A stretch of 51,469 nucleotides of DNA from the NCBI GenBank assembly GCA_947624885.1, contig CANQMD010000001.1, positions 1 through 51,469 on the forward strand, given 5' to 3'. Position 1 is the stretch's first letter; each line of letters opens with the position of its first letter. The notes below the pieces were generated by a model. It saw only the letters and a list, made by a program, of their open reading frames with translations, was not told the origin of the DNA and searched no databases. This DNA is from an uncultured Clostridia bacterium. Lineage in GTDB: Bacteria; Bacillota; Clostridia; Christensenellales; CAG-917. Positions 1-8,900 of the stretch are shown in pieces. The position numbers were made by a program, and so were the translations under genes.

Positions 1-305
1 TCGAAGTGCTCGTAGGCTGCCTGAGGGGCATGAACTATCCCATCACGCCCATGATCCCGTCCTTCCTCTGCGTGTGCGTCTACCGCATAATTTGGGTGTA
101 CACCGCCTTTCGCGCCACGCCCACAACTTTTGTGCTCTACCTCAGCTACCCCATCAGCTGGGTGCTCAACATCATCATCGACGGAGTCCTCTACGTCGCT
201 CTTTACAAGGTCATGACAAGGCCCAGCAAAGTCATGCGAGGCTACATCAAGACCGCCTTATATCAACGCTCCATCCCAAACAATTCCGCACAATCTACGC
301 TTTAA
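1..305 (+). CDS. MATE-family efflux transporter, C-terminal fragment (5' end outside window)
   Basis: ORF is open to the window edge. The translated tail (EVLVGCLRGMNYPITPMIPSFLCVCVYRIIWVY..SYPISWVLNIIIDGVLY) is hydrophobic and multi-TM, with the LRG-x5-P context typical of the last helices of MatE transporters. Stop codon at 303-305. Confidence 0.5.
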   Translation, partial: EVLVGCLRGMNYPITPMIPSFLCVCVYRIIWVYTAFRATPTTFVLYLSYPISWVLNIIIDGVLYVALYKVMTRPSKVMRGYIKTALYQRSIPNNSAQSTL

Positions 306-398
306 GTCTGCATTTTTCGCAGTTTAACACCTGCTTTTGCAATATTCTCATCTCAAGGCCCTGCCCGCTCCTTTCATTTTTCTCGCCGCGCAGGCAAC

Positions 399-423
399 AA
401 AAAAACGGCTCATATTCCGCCGT
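399..423 (-). terminator. Weak candidate intrinsic terminator downstream of the C11 protease gene
   Basis: On the minus strand: ACGGC-ggaatatga-GCCGT followed by T7. It lies 36 nt after the stop at 459. The stem is only 5 bp. Confidence 0.35.
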
Positions 424-458
424 ATTGTAAAATCGATCTTTTGCGTCGCAGGATACAT

Positions 459-2459
459 TCATCCCACCGCGCCCCAAAAGCTGTTCCACTCTATATCGGT
501 GATATCCGCGGCGTATTCGCCGTCGGGCAACGGATCTTCAAGCAATTCTTCAAAGGTATATTTCATTTCCATGCTTGCCGTATCGGAGTAAAACCTGTTG
601 CCGAAAATATCCGTCACGACAAACACATAGCGGTAGTAATATTCTTTTAGCGGCATTTCGCTTATGTTGCCGCCGTCTTGGCCGATCACGATCGTGTCCC
701 CGTCGCTCAGTTCCGCGTCCTCTATCGTCCTGTCCTCCGTGGGGTCAATGGATTTTCTGAGCGCGGTGATGCGATCCCCCTCTTTCAGCGGCACGATCTG
801 CTTGTCGGCGAGGTTGTTTTCGCCAAGTCCGTTCCAGAGCCCTATGATCTTGTAATATCCGCCGTTGAAATAGCTGTCGTCCCACACAAACATGAAGCGC
901 AGATTGCTTCTCACGCCGTTCGCCTTGACGGGCGCGGAAAACATGACATAATCGTCGTTGCTCTCCACCACGGAAAAATTGAGATACACGCCGTCAAGCG
1001 CCAGCCACACGCCGCGGAAATTGCTTTTGAAAGAGAGGCTGTCCCAATCCGAACTCAAATCGTTGTCTATCCCAAATTGGACGATCTCAAACGGAACGTC
1101 GGGATCGTCGTCGATATATGCCAGCAGCGAAAACTCCACAGACTTCAAATATCTTCTGCTTTCGTCGGTGAGTTTGATGTCAAAACTTCCGTCCTCGCCC
1201 TTGCTTCCCGCGTCCGCAAACCTTATCGTGTCGCCCACCGAATCCGAATATATCCCTTTCAGATAGCTTTTGTATTGCTCGCTCGAGCACATTTCAAAAT
1301 ATGCGTTCAACTCATCCGGCTCATACCAAAGCGGATAGTACAAAGAAATTCCTCCCACGCCCTCTCTTTCCTCGCCGCACGCCTTGAACGGCACGAGGCT
1401 TTCGATCGCCCGCATAAGTTCCGTTGCCGACGCATTTTCGCTTTGCAGCGCTTTTGCAAAGCCGTAAAGATCCATGAGGTTGCTTGCGCCCTCGTCGCGA
1501 CTTGCCGCGCCGAATTTGCACGCGCTGTCAGACGCTCGCACGATATTGAAATTGCCGTATCTCTCGTTTGCCGCACTGTTCAGACTCCCGGCGAAATTTT
1601 CAAACGCGGCGGAAAATTTTTGATAATTTTTCAAATCGAACACAGACAGCGTCATCATATCTCCGCCGCCCGCGTTTTCGCACTTGTTCATATATGCTTG
1701 CGCCGCGGTTTCGCACGCCTTCTCAACGCTTTCGGCACTTGAAAACGCCTCGACAAACGCCTTGTGATCCCAACCTCCAGCAGGCTCTATCTCCTCGGAG
1801 GCGAGCATATATTCGGCGTGATCTTTTATTATCGCCGCCGTCTCGTTTGTCGCCATAAGGCACGCGTCGAAGCCTATCAGATCAAAATGCGCGTTTTTCG
1901 ACTCAAGCGCGCCGCTCAACTCTTGCGGAGAAAGAGGATCCATGCCGAAATTTTCGTCGTAGCACACCTCGCCCAAGGCGCCGCCGCCGTGATCCCACAA
2001 AACGAGAGCGGACCTCTCCGCGGGATATTCCTTTAGGCACCACCCGACAAAATCGGCAAAAGTGCTTTCCGACCCCATGGAGGAATTTGCAAGTCGCTGT
2101 CTTTCTTGAAGTTTTCCGTCTTTGACTTCGTATCGCGTGAGAAGATCCGAGGATATGTCGTATCCTCTCCACTTTGCCGCCCCTCCCGTCTCGATTATCA
2201 CCGATGTATTTTCATCCGTCTTTGCGCTCAATATCTCAGCGATATTCGCTGTCGCGGCGCTCTGCCTTGTCTCGAGGTCTGAGCCGCACATATAGATATA
2301 TATCGCTGTCTTGCCCTCTCCCGGCGACGGCTCCCGCCGCTTCGGGTGGCACCCGACAAACGCCAAGCACAGGCAGAGCGACAAGACCGCCGACAATATC
2401 AACAAAGCAACCTTACTTTTCCCTCGCACTTTAAACCCCTGCTTCCAAAACGTCAGCAT
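459..2459 (-). CDS. Clostripain-like cysteine protease (peptidase family C11), lipoprotein, with ~300-aa C-terminal extension (copy 1)
   Basis: 666 aa. Lipobox LAFVG-C37. C11 dyad contexts are LVLWDH157GGG (codon 1989-1991) and IGFDAC200LMA (codon 1860-1862), plus YMLASEEIEPAGGWD. The ATG overlaps the upstream gene stop (ATGCTGA). Confidence 0.85.
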   Translation of the reverse strand: MLTFWKQGFKVRGKSKVALLILSAVLSLCLCLAFVGCHPKRREPSPGEGKTAIYIYMCGSDLETRQSAATANIAEILSAKTDENTSVIIETGGAAKWRGYDISSDLLTRYEVKDGKLQERQRLANSSMGSESTFADFVGWCLKEYPAERSALVLWDHGGGALGEVCYDENFGMDPLSPQELSGALESKNAHFDLIGFDACLMATNETAAIIKDHAEYMLASEEIEPAGGWDHKAFVEAFSSAESVEKACETAAQAYMNKCENAGGGDMMTLSVFDLKNYQKFSAAFENFAGSLNSAANERYGNFNIVRASDSACKFGAASRDEGASNLMDLYGFAKALQSENASATELMRAIESLVPFKACGEEREGVGGISLYYPLWYEPDELNAYFEMCSSEQYKSYLKGIYSDSVGDTIRFADAGSKGEDGSFDIKLTDESRRYLKSVEFSLLAYIDDDPDVPFEIVQFGIDNDLSSDWDSLSFKSNFRGVWLALDGVYLNFSVVESNDDYVMFSAPVKANGVRSNLRFMFVWDDSYFNGGYYKIIGLWNGLGENNLADKQIVPLKEGDRITALRKSIDPTEDRTIEDAELSDGDTIVIGQDGGNISEMPLKEYYYRYVFVVTDIFGNRFYSDTASMEMKYTFEELLEDPLPDGEYAADITDIEWNSFWGAVG

Positions 2460-5080
2460 TCCCAGAATCTTGCGAGCGCCAAATAATAGGCTTCGTCGAG
2501 TTTGGGATCGACCGCGCGATTCATCGTATCGTTAAAGTCTCCGTACACTTTGCCTCTCTTTGTTTGTCCTTTCCAATCCCAAAGCATATATATCGCGTAA
2601 TATTCCGTGCGATCTTTTGCGTGACTGGGGTAGAAGAGCTCGTCCACTTTTTCGCCGAAGTTGGCGCTCGATTTCTGTCTTGCGACCCAAAACGCCAGTC
2701 CGACGCAACCGTTATAGTCAAAGCCCGTGAATCCCGCAAGTTCCAATTCCTGCCTCAACGTCCTGCCCATCATTCTGCTTATGAAATCGTTGCGCTCGGA
2801 ATCGTCAAAATCGAAATCCTCTTTTATGCCCCTGCCCGCGCGGAGCTCGTCGCCCCATCTCCAATTGTCTTGGTAGACGGGGAATATGTGGACATTTGAA
2901 AAACGGCTCAAGTTGAAATAGCGATACATCACATAGCTGTACGCTGCGCCGTCTCTGCTCTTGACGGGATTCTTCTCCTTTGCGGAGATAACCGCGTTGA
3001 AATCGCTTTGATAGGTATTTTTCGCATTTGGATCGTTGTCGCCGTAAACGTAATACATCAAAAGGTGGCTGAGCGCCCTTCCCAACATATATTCCGCTCG
3101 CGCGCGATAGTTTTCTCTCATATCCTTGCACTGCGTGTCAAAGTTGTAAGAGATAGTGCAAAGTTTGTCAAACGTCGCAAACGGATTTGACTGCCCCGAC
3201 AATTTCAGAATTCCCACGGCGGTATTGAAGTCGGATTTGAGCGTGCTCAATGTGTCGACATAATTTTTCTTTGTTTTCATATCGTCGACCAATCTTTTCG
3301 CCACATTCGTCGCGTCGGCGTCCGCTTTGTTTTTGAGGTCGTTTGCGGATATCCCCGTGGATCTGCACGCCTGCGTAAGATAGCTGTCGAGGGTGTTGCA
3401 CGCGCTCTCGAGCTTGTTGACGGTCACGTCGAAGTCTCTCATCTGATTGCTGTAGCTCAATTTGAGCGATTCCACCAACAGCTCGTTGTTTGCCTGCACG
3501 AGGTCCAAAATGGAATCCAACTTTTTGTATATTTCCTTTTGGAATTTCTCCGCATAGGAGTCGGAGGAGGAAAATTGCCCGAAGCAGCCGCATATCCAAC
3601 CGATCGCCTCGCACACATTCTTTTGCCCTGTCAGCAATTTATTCAATTCGTTTGTGAAATCGGCGACGTCTTTTGCAACGCTGACCACCTTTTGGATCGT
3701 CACGCCCCTGCCGAGGCTGTCGAGCGAGTAATTTCTCATATACGACGTCTCGTCGTCCTTTACGTCTCCCCATGCGTTCACAAGCGACCCTTGCGCGAGG
3801 ATGATCTCGCCGTCGAGATCCAACGCGTCCGTTGTCTTTCCGTTTGCGGGGACGGTGAGGCTGAGCGTCGCAACGGAGTCGCTTTCTCTTGTAAACGACG
3901 CTATCGTCGCGCCCTCGAGATCTCCTCCGAAGCTCAATTTATCCTTGCCGAGCTCTTCGGCAAACTTCCCGTTTTTCGCGTACAGCACGACGCTCATCAC
4001 AAAATTGCTTCCCTGCTGTTCGACGTGATCGAACACGGGGTAGAACGCCGCGGAAGCAAATTGCGCGATCGTCTCGATATTTTTGACGTCGACCTTGACG
4101 CCGTTGAGTATTTTTGCGGCGGAATTTCTGTCCGTCGCGCCTTCTACGTTGAGGACGATAAAAACTTCGTCGTCGCTCACGGGCACAACGTTTTCCACGG
4201 TTATGCCGCTTTGTTCGTCAAAAACTATGTCCTCCACGTTCAACGTATCGGGGTCCGCAACGCCCATCAGCACGATCGGCACGTTGACCTTTCCGTTTGC
4301 AAAGCGAGTCCTGCTCGAATCGAAATACGTCGTTGGCTCATTCACGGGGATCCTTATATCGGCGATCGGGTCCACATTGTTTTCCACCGCGTCTGCCGCA
4401 AGCCTAATTATTCCGTCAAGATAAACTCCCGCAGTTTCATGTTTTGAAATGTTGCCGCTTATCAATGCGGTCAGCGTTCCTCCCGCCGCGGATACGCTCT
4501 CGACCGTCAAATCTTCAAACGATCCCGCAAGCGCAACGTCGTCCTTTGAAACGTCCGCCGCAAATTCGCCGTCGTTGAGCGTGAGCGTCAACTGCAAGTT
4601 TTTATCCGTGGAGAGGACGTACTGCTTGTCGCATGTCGCCGTGTATGTCGCAAATTCCACCTCCACCACCGCGGCGACGCTCAGCTTTTCGACGAACAGC
4701 ACATATCTGTCCGCGTTGTCATCATCGACGTCGGAATCGCTGAAGATCACGTTCAGCATACCGTCCGTTCCCGCCGTTGCGCCCAGCACCTCCGCCTCTT
4801 TCACAATATCGGGATCGTCTGCATTTTCAGCGGGCACTGTATATTTCACTTTTATATCGTTTTTTCCAACGCCGTCCCAATCACCGCCGACCCTACTCAC
4901 CGACGTCGTATAAATTCCGTCGGACGAGTAATCCACCGCCGTTGCATACGCCTCTTCCCACTGCGCCTTATCGGACTTTTTGTCACAACCGACCAAATTC
5001 ACAAGCATCGTGGAAACCAACACTGCAACTACGATCGCCAAACTTGCGATCTTCGTCATGCTTTTAGCCATTTTAGCCAT
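2453..5080 (-). CDS. Large lipoprotein of unknown function: beta-rich N-terminal half plus unassigned ~430-aa C-terminal domain (copy 1)
   Basis: Start moved to MAKMAKSMTK (ATG at 5080) because GGAGG lies 8 nt upstream; the ORF-track start at 5101 would contain that RBS. Signal peptide plus lipobox NLVG-C32. Paralogous to 32404-35142, sharing landmarks TLTLTL.., ..NFDTQ.. and F-x-x-RM-x-G-x-TL. Confidence 0.8.
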   Translation of the reverse strand: MAKMAKSMTKIASLAIVVAVLVSTMLVNLVGCDKKSDKAQWEEAYATAVDYSSDGIYTTSVSRVGGDWDGVGKNDIKVKYTVPAENADDPDIVKEAEVLGATAGTDGMLNVIFSDSDVDDDNADRYVLFVEKLSVAAVVEVEFATYTATCDKQYVLSTDKNLQLTLTLNDGEFAADVSKDDVALAGSFEDLTVESVSAAGGTLTALISGNISKHETAGVYLDGIIRLAADAVENNVDPIADIRIPVNEPTTYFDSSRTRFANGKVNVPIVLMGVADPDTLNVEDIVFDEQSGITVENVVPVSDDEVFIVLNVEGATDRNSAAKILNGVKVDVKNIETIAQFASAAFYPVFDHVEQQGSNFVMSVVLYAKNGKFAEELGKDKLSFGGDLEGATIASFTRESDSVATLSLTVPANGKTTDALDLDGEIILAQGSLVNAWGDVKDDETSYMRNYSLDSLGRGVTIQKVVSVAKDVADFTNELNKLLTGQKNVCEAIGWICGCFGQFSSSDSYAEKFQKEIYKKLDSILDLVQANNELLVESLKLSYSNQMRDFDVTVNKLESACNTLDSYLTQACRSTGISANDLKNKADADATNVAKRLVDDMKTKKNYVDTLSTLKSDFNTAVGILKLSGQSNPFATFDKLCTISYNFDTQCKDMRENYRARAEYMLGRALSHLLMYYVYGDNDPNAKNTYQSDFNAVISAKEKNPVKSRDGAAYSYVMYRYFNLSRFSNVHIFPVYQDNWRWGDELRAGRGIKEDFDFDDSERNDFISRMMGRTLRQELELAGFTGFDYNGCVGLAFWVARQKSSANFGEKVDELFYPSHAKDRTEYYAIYMLWDWKGQTKRGKVYGDFNDTMNRAVDPKLDEAYYLALARFWEC

Positions 5081-5151
5081 GATCTTTGTCCTCCAAAACA
5101 ATTGAGTTCCAAAGTCATAGAATATTTTATTCTATGGCATTTTTCGGCAAC

Positions 5152-5180
5152 ATTATATCCCTACGCAAACATGTTGGCAA
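5152..5180 (-). promoter_or_regulatory. Candidate sigma-A promoter for the lipoprotein/C11 operon 1
   Basis: Minus strand reads TTGCCA (5175-5180), 17-nt spacer, TATAAT (5152-5157). It lies ~70 nt upstream of the ATG at 5080. Confidence 0.5.
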
Positions 5181-5373
5181 CTTGTTTCAAAAAATTATTG
5201 AATTTTTTGAATATCCACCCGAGTATTTCCCTTCCCCTTCTCCGCGCGCCATATTATCCGCCAAGGATATCGTCCCGCCCAAAATTAAAAATCCTGCGCC
5301 GCGGAGGTTTTTGCGCTTTACTTTTTCTTTTGCGTATGTTAAAATGTTTTCATCAAATTTAGGAGATAAAATT

Positions 5374-5820
5374 ATGCCAACCTACAGGGAAATTTTGAAC
5401 CAAATGAAAAACATGAGCAAATATGAACTTCGCGGCGTTGTCGATCACTACACCGCCGTTGCGATGCGTGGCGTCAATGAAAACACCTACATGACCCTCA
5501 AGGAATCCAACGCCGCCATCCTGACCACCCTTCTTGCCGCTATCTGCGCCGACGGTTACTTTAACTCCGACGAGTATTATGTTGTGCAACCCGCGATCGA
5601 CGTGTTCATCCAAGAAGGAATTTCCTACGACGCAACTCTCGACTTCATCAAGCAAGCCAACATCGACTCCAGCATGGCAAGAAACGCCGTCGACAACTTT
5701 GTCGATTCGCTCGATCCCGACACCAAGGAAGCGCTGATCTTTGCATGCGCCGCCATCTGCGCCGCCGATCACAACCTCAACGACGCTGAACTCAGTTGGC
5801 TGAACAGACTCCTCGGCTGA
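5374..5820 (+). CDS. Small hypothetical protein, possibly TerB-like helical domain
   Basis: 148 aa starting at MPTYREIL, with AGGAGA 6 nt upstream of the ATG at 5374; the longer ORF-track start at 5086 has no RBS. Two A-D-G/H..L-x-x-x-E-type segments (ICADGYFNSDEYYV and ICAADHNLNDAELSWL) recall TerB/DjlA-N domains. A strong terminator follows. Confidence 0.55.
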   Translation: MPTYREILNQMKNMSKYELRGVVDHYTAVAMRGVNENTYMTLKESNAAILTTLLAAICADGYFNSDEYYVVQPAIDVFIQEGISYDATLDFIKQANIDSSMARNAVDNFVDSLDPDTKEALIFACAAICAADHNLNDAELSWLNRLLG

Positions 5821-5854
5821 TTCCTATCCTCATTCATTTGAATCATCAACGTTC

Positions 5855-5895
5855 AAGAGAGGTTTCGCGCAATGCGAAACCTCTCTTATTTTTTT
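5855..5895 (+). terminator. Intrinsic terminator
   Basis: Perfect 14-bp stem AAGAGAGGTTTCGC / GCGAAACCTCTCTT with a 5-nt loop, followed by A+T7. Confidence 0.85.
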
Positions 5896-5943
5896 ATTTC
5901 TCGCTCATTTTCCTGCGCAGTCGATGAATCCCCCTAGTATCTC

Positions 5944-6654
5944 TCACTTCAGCCTGTTTTTGACATAGGTCAAAAGGTCGTTCAAATCGCCCTGCGCGTA
6001 CCCGGATATATCCGCGCCTTTGCGATTGATGAGGCATGCAGGCAGCAAAAAAACGTCTATCCCCAAGGTTTTCGCAATCATATCCTCGTCCACGTCGTTG
6101 CCCACCATGAGGCACTCGTCCGCCGTCGCGCCAAGCAACGATAGGATCTCACGATAGTACAGCGGATTGGGTTTGGAAAAATGCATAAGTTCGTATGACG
6201 TAAACATGCAAAAGTCGTCGGGATCCGCGCCCGTCCATTTGAGCCGCGCCCGCTGCCCTATCTCCGGGAAGAACGGATTTGAGGCGAGCACAAGTTTAAG
6301 CCCCATCTCTTTAAGCGCTTTCAGTGCGGGCGCAACCGACGGATCAAACCCGCACACCGCCTTCACTTCCTCAAAATCGGACGTATAGTACCTGTCCATA
6401 ACGGGCTCGTCCCGCTTCGCTTTATTGCCGAAGATCCCCTCCATGACCTGCCAAAACGCTTGGTAATTCGTCCTGCTCCCGTCGTTGTTCGTCATTGCAA
6501 CGGTGCCCTTCCACATGGCGGAAACAAGTTCGTCCCTCTTATATCCGTGCGGCGCGAGGTGTTTTGACAGTGATGAAAAGTACGCCGCGACAAATTCCTC
6601 CAACACCATCGGAAGCAGCGTTCCGTCCAGATCAAACAACACGTATTTCAACAT
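5944..6654 (-). CDS. HAD-superfamily hydrolase
   Basis: Start at MLKYVLFDLDGTLL (DxDGT motif I), with AAAGGTGG RBS upstream. A later GNDVDEDM segment is motif IV-like. 236 aa. Confidence 0.85.
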   Translation of the reverse strand: MLKYVLFDLDGTLLPMVLEEFVAAYFSSLSKHLAPHGYKRDELVSAMWKGTVAMTNNDGSRTNYQAFWQVMEGIFGNKAKRDEPVMDRYYTSDFEEVKAVCGFDPSVAPALKALKEMGLKLVLASNPFFPEIGQRARLKWTGADPDDFCMFTSYELMHFSKPNPLYYREILSLLGATADECLMVGNDVDEDMIAKTLGIDVFLLPACLINRKGADISGYAQGDLNDLLTYVKNRLK

Positions 6655-6806
6655 TATCCACCTTTTATCTAAACATTTTATATCAATAAACGTCCCATTC
6701 TGCAAATTGCGACGTATTTTCAGTTATTGCCCTTTTGCATCTCAACAACCGCATTCTTCTTGCGGCATGCTATGCGCAACCGTCCTCTCTCTTTTGTGGC
6801 AAAGCG

Positions 6807-7796
6807 TCAAAGTTCCGTTCCCGTCACAAACGCGATCTCATCCTTAGCGCCGTCAAAAACTCGTTTATCTTCCGTTGTTCTGACATAAAATTTCCCTTCC
6901 CTGAACGCCGCATATTCAAACAGCGCGTCCTGACTATACAAAGTTTCAAACAGGCGCAAGCGCTCATAGCGTTTGCAGAATATCCTGTCTTTGTACACGT
7001 CGACAAAAAACGGCGCGGTCGTATACATTTTGAAGTCCACTCTTCCGTCGATGGCGGCAAGCAACATCGGCACGGTGCCGCAATATCCCGATTCCACAAC
7101 GGTCACTTTGTCAAACGGTATACCGTCAAGCAACCGCGCAAGCGTATCTTTTACGCGAGAATATGCTCGGAGCGTCTTTTTTGTTTCGCGCACAAAAAAC
7201 TCCTTGAACTGCGCAAAGTCGCAAATTCCCTCTTCCGCGGCAAGATATATCGGCAACCTTATGATGTCGTCAAAGTTTTTCTCGCCGGATATATCCCTCA
7301 AAAACGCGCGACCAATCGGATAGGCATACAGCCCCTCCTTGCCGTCTTTTGCAAACCGCAAGTAAGGCAGCAAGCAATCCCTCAACAAAAACACGTATGC
7401 TTCGTCCTTTTCGCGACGCAAAAAACGGCTGTATTCTACGATATCAAACAGCAAATCGCTCCCCTTTCCCCGCGCGGGATCGGGAAGCGATACAGTCAGT
7501 TCGCTCAAAAAATCGCCAAGTTCCTTCTCTTGCCTGTCGTATGCGGGCGGACAGATCGCCTTCGGCACATCAAAAGGCGTTTCGTCGTAACGTTCCAGCA
7601 CGGCTTTCAGCCTTGTTACGCAGTGAAATTTGTTTTCCAGACGCTCGCTCAGCGCCGTATAGCCCTCGTCCGACAGGTCGTCGAGCACCTTCAACAACTG
7701 TTTCGCCTCGTATATTTGCGCGTCCGCAAGCGCCTTGCCCTCGTATTCGTCGAGTTTGCGGGCATAATATTTTTCATTGAACGACAAAAATCCCAT
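6807..7796 (-). CDS. Hypothetical protein
   Basis: 330 aa from MGFLSFNEKYY with normal amino-acid composition. The opposite-strand 419-aa ORF is R/F/Q-rich shadow. Upstream of MGFLSF the ORF-track N-terminal extension overlaps the DUF362 gene and is Arg/Gly-rich. I recognised no family. Confidence 0.65.
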   Translation of the reverse strand: MGFLSFNEKYYARKLDEYEGKALADAQIYEAKQLLKVLDDLSDEGYTALSERLENKFHCVTRLKAVLERYDETPFDVPKAICPPAYDRQEKELGDFLSELTVSLPDPARGKGSDLLFDIVEYSRFLRREKDEAYVFLLRDCLLPYLRFAKDGKEGLYAYPIGRAFLRDISGEKNFDDIIRLPIYLAAEEGICDFAQFKEFFVRETKKTLRAYSRVKDTLARLLDGIPFDKVTVVESGYCGTVPMLLAAIDGRVDFKMYTTAPFFVDVYKDRIFCKRYERLRLFETLYSQDALFEYAAFREGKFYVRTTEDKRVFDGAKDEIAFVTGTEL

Positions 7797-7840
7797 ACTT
7801 GCCCATGCAGCGCGATCAAGTCGATTTGTCAAAAAAAACG

Positions 7841-8707
7841 TCAAATTTCGACAAGTTCGTATTCCCTGCTGCCCACGCCAAGCGCCGCCGCCGCTTCTAT
7901 GGTATGCACGCCGTTTCTGCTCTCTATGCGCTTGAGCAGGTGCTTCTGCCCGGGGTCGTCCTTCGCCGCGTACACAAGATCTATGCACGCCTGATCTATC
8001 GCGACGGGATCCAGCGAGATGAGCGCTCCAATATCCTTCATGCAGGGGTCTTCCGCCACAGCGCAGCAATCGCAGTCCACGGACATATTTTTCATGACGT
8101 TGATATACACGGCGTTCTGCCCGAAATGCCTGACGACGGACGCAGCCGCGTCTGCCATGGACTCCAAAAACTTGTCGTGATTTGCCGTCCAGAGCATTTT
8201 GGGGTGCCCCGCTCCGTGGATATACGCCTTGCCGTAGGACGACGCAATGCCGATCGACAATTGCTTGAGCGCCCCGCCGTAGCCGCCCATCGGGTGCCCC
8301 TTGAAGTGGGACAGCACCAGCAATGAGTCATAGTTCGCAAGATTTTTGCCGACATAGTTCTTTTTGATCACTTTGCCGTCGGGGATATCCAGGATCATAT
8401 CCGGGCCTTCCGCGTCAAGCAGATCCACGTCGAAAAACTTGTTCCAGCCATGTTTTTCAAAGGTTTTGAGGTGTTTTTCGGTGGTATTGCGCTCGCCGTC
8501 GTAGGCTGTGTTGCACTCCACGACGGTCCCTCCCACGTATTCCACCGTAGGTTGCCAAAATTCCGGGCGGAGGAAGTTTTGATTTCCCACCTCTCCCGAA
8601 TGCACTTTGATGGCGACCTTGCCGTCGAGTTGTTTGCCCAACGTCTTGTACAGCCTGAGTATGCTTTCAGGCGTGATCTCTCTTGAAAAATAAACCTTTT
8701 GCGCCAT
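7841..8707 (-). CDS. DUF362 domain-containing protein (putative Fe-S binding)
   Basis: Start at MAQKVYF with GGAGG upstream. Carries the DUF362 hallmarks VAIKVHSGE.., LLVLSHFKGHPMGGYGGALKQLSIG and a C-terminal VDCDCCA cysteine cluster. Confidence 0.8.
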   Translation of the reverse strand: MAQKVYFSREITPESILRLYKTLGKQLDGKVAIKVHSGEVGNQNFLRPEFWQPTVEYVGGTVVECNTAYDGERNTTEKHLKTFEKHGWNKFFDVDLLDAEGPDMILDIPDGKVIKKNYVGKNLANYDSLLVLSHFKGHPMGGYGGALKQLSIGIASSYGKAYIHGAGHPKMLWTANHDKFLESMADAAASVVRHFGQNAVYINVMKNMSVDCDCCAVAEDPCMKDIGALISLDPVAIDQACIDLVYAAKDDPGQKHLLKRIESRNGVHTIEAAAALGVGSREYELVEI

Positions 8708-8757
8708 AATGACCTCCGTTTGCACTCAAAATGATATATTTGAAAATTTCTACAACA

Positions 8758-8786
8758 ATAATACTATAGTTGTCGCAAATTTTCAA
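8758..8786 (-). promoter_or_regulatory. Candidate sigma-A promoter for the DUF362/hypothetical/HAD operon
   Basis: Minus strand reads TTGAAA (8781-8786), 17 nt, TATTAT (8758-8763). It lies ~50 nt upstream of the ATG at 8707. Confidence 0.55.
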
Positions 8787-8900
8787 CCAAAAAAATCGCG
8801 GAAAGACAACGCGGACAAATTTATGCAATTTTAATGCCGCCTCTGTCTTCTTTATGTGATTTTTATATTGTCCGTGCGATAATATCGTGAGCGAGGAAAT

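Noticed and set aside
678-1742. 354-aa plus-strand ORF (and smaller ORFs) overlapping the C11 protease gene
   Set aside because: It is an antisense shadow of a gene with clear family motifs. The composition is R/H/V-rich, and there is no RBS and no recognisable domain.
5086-5373. N-terminal 96-aa extension of the small TerB-like ORF
   Set aside because: The extension overlaps the divergent promoter region, has no RBS, and translates to low-complexity sequence. An AGGAGA RBS precedes the internal ATG at 5374.
6735-7994. 419-aa plus-strand ORF
   Set aside because: It fully overlaps two minus-strand genes that have sensible composition and RBSs. The translation is R/F/Q/K-rich with no motifs, typical of a shadow frame.
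8787-8900. c-di-AMP (ydaO/kimA-type) riboswitch or other leader upstream of ktrB
   Set aside because: The available leader is only ~110 nt. I could not find the paired ACGGGG/CCCG-type conserved segments. Only an extended -10-like TGcGATAAT lies close to the RBS. This cannot be excluded without a covariance-model scan.
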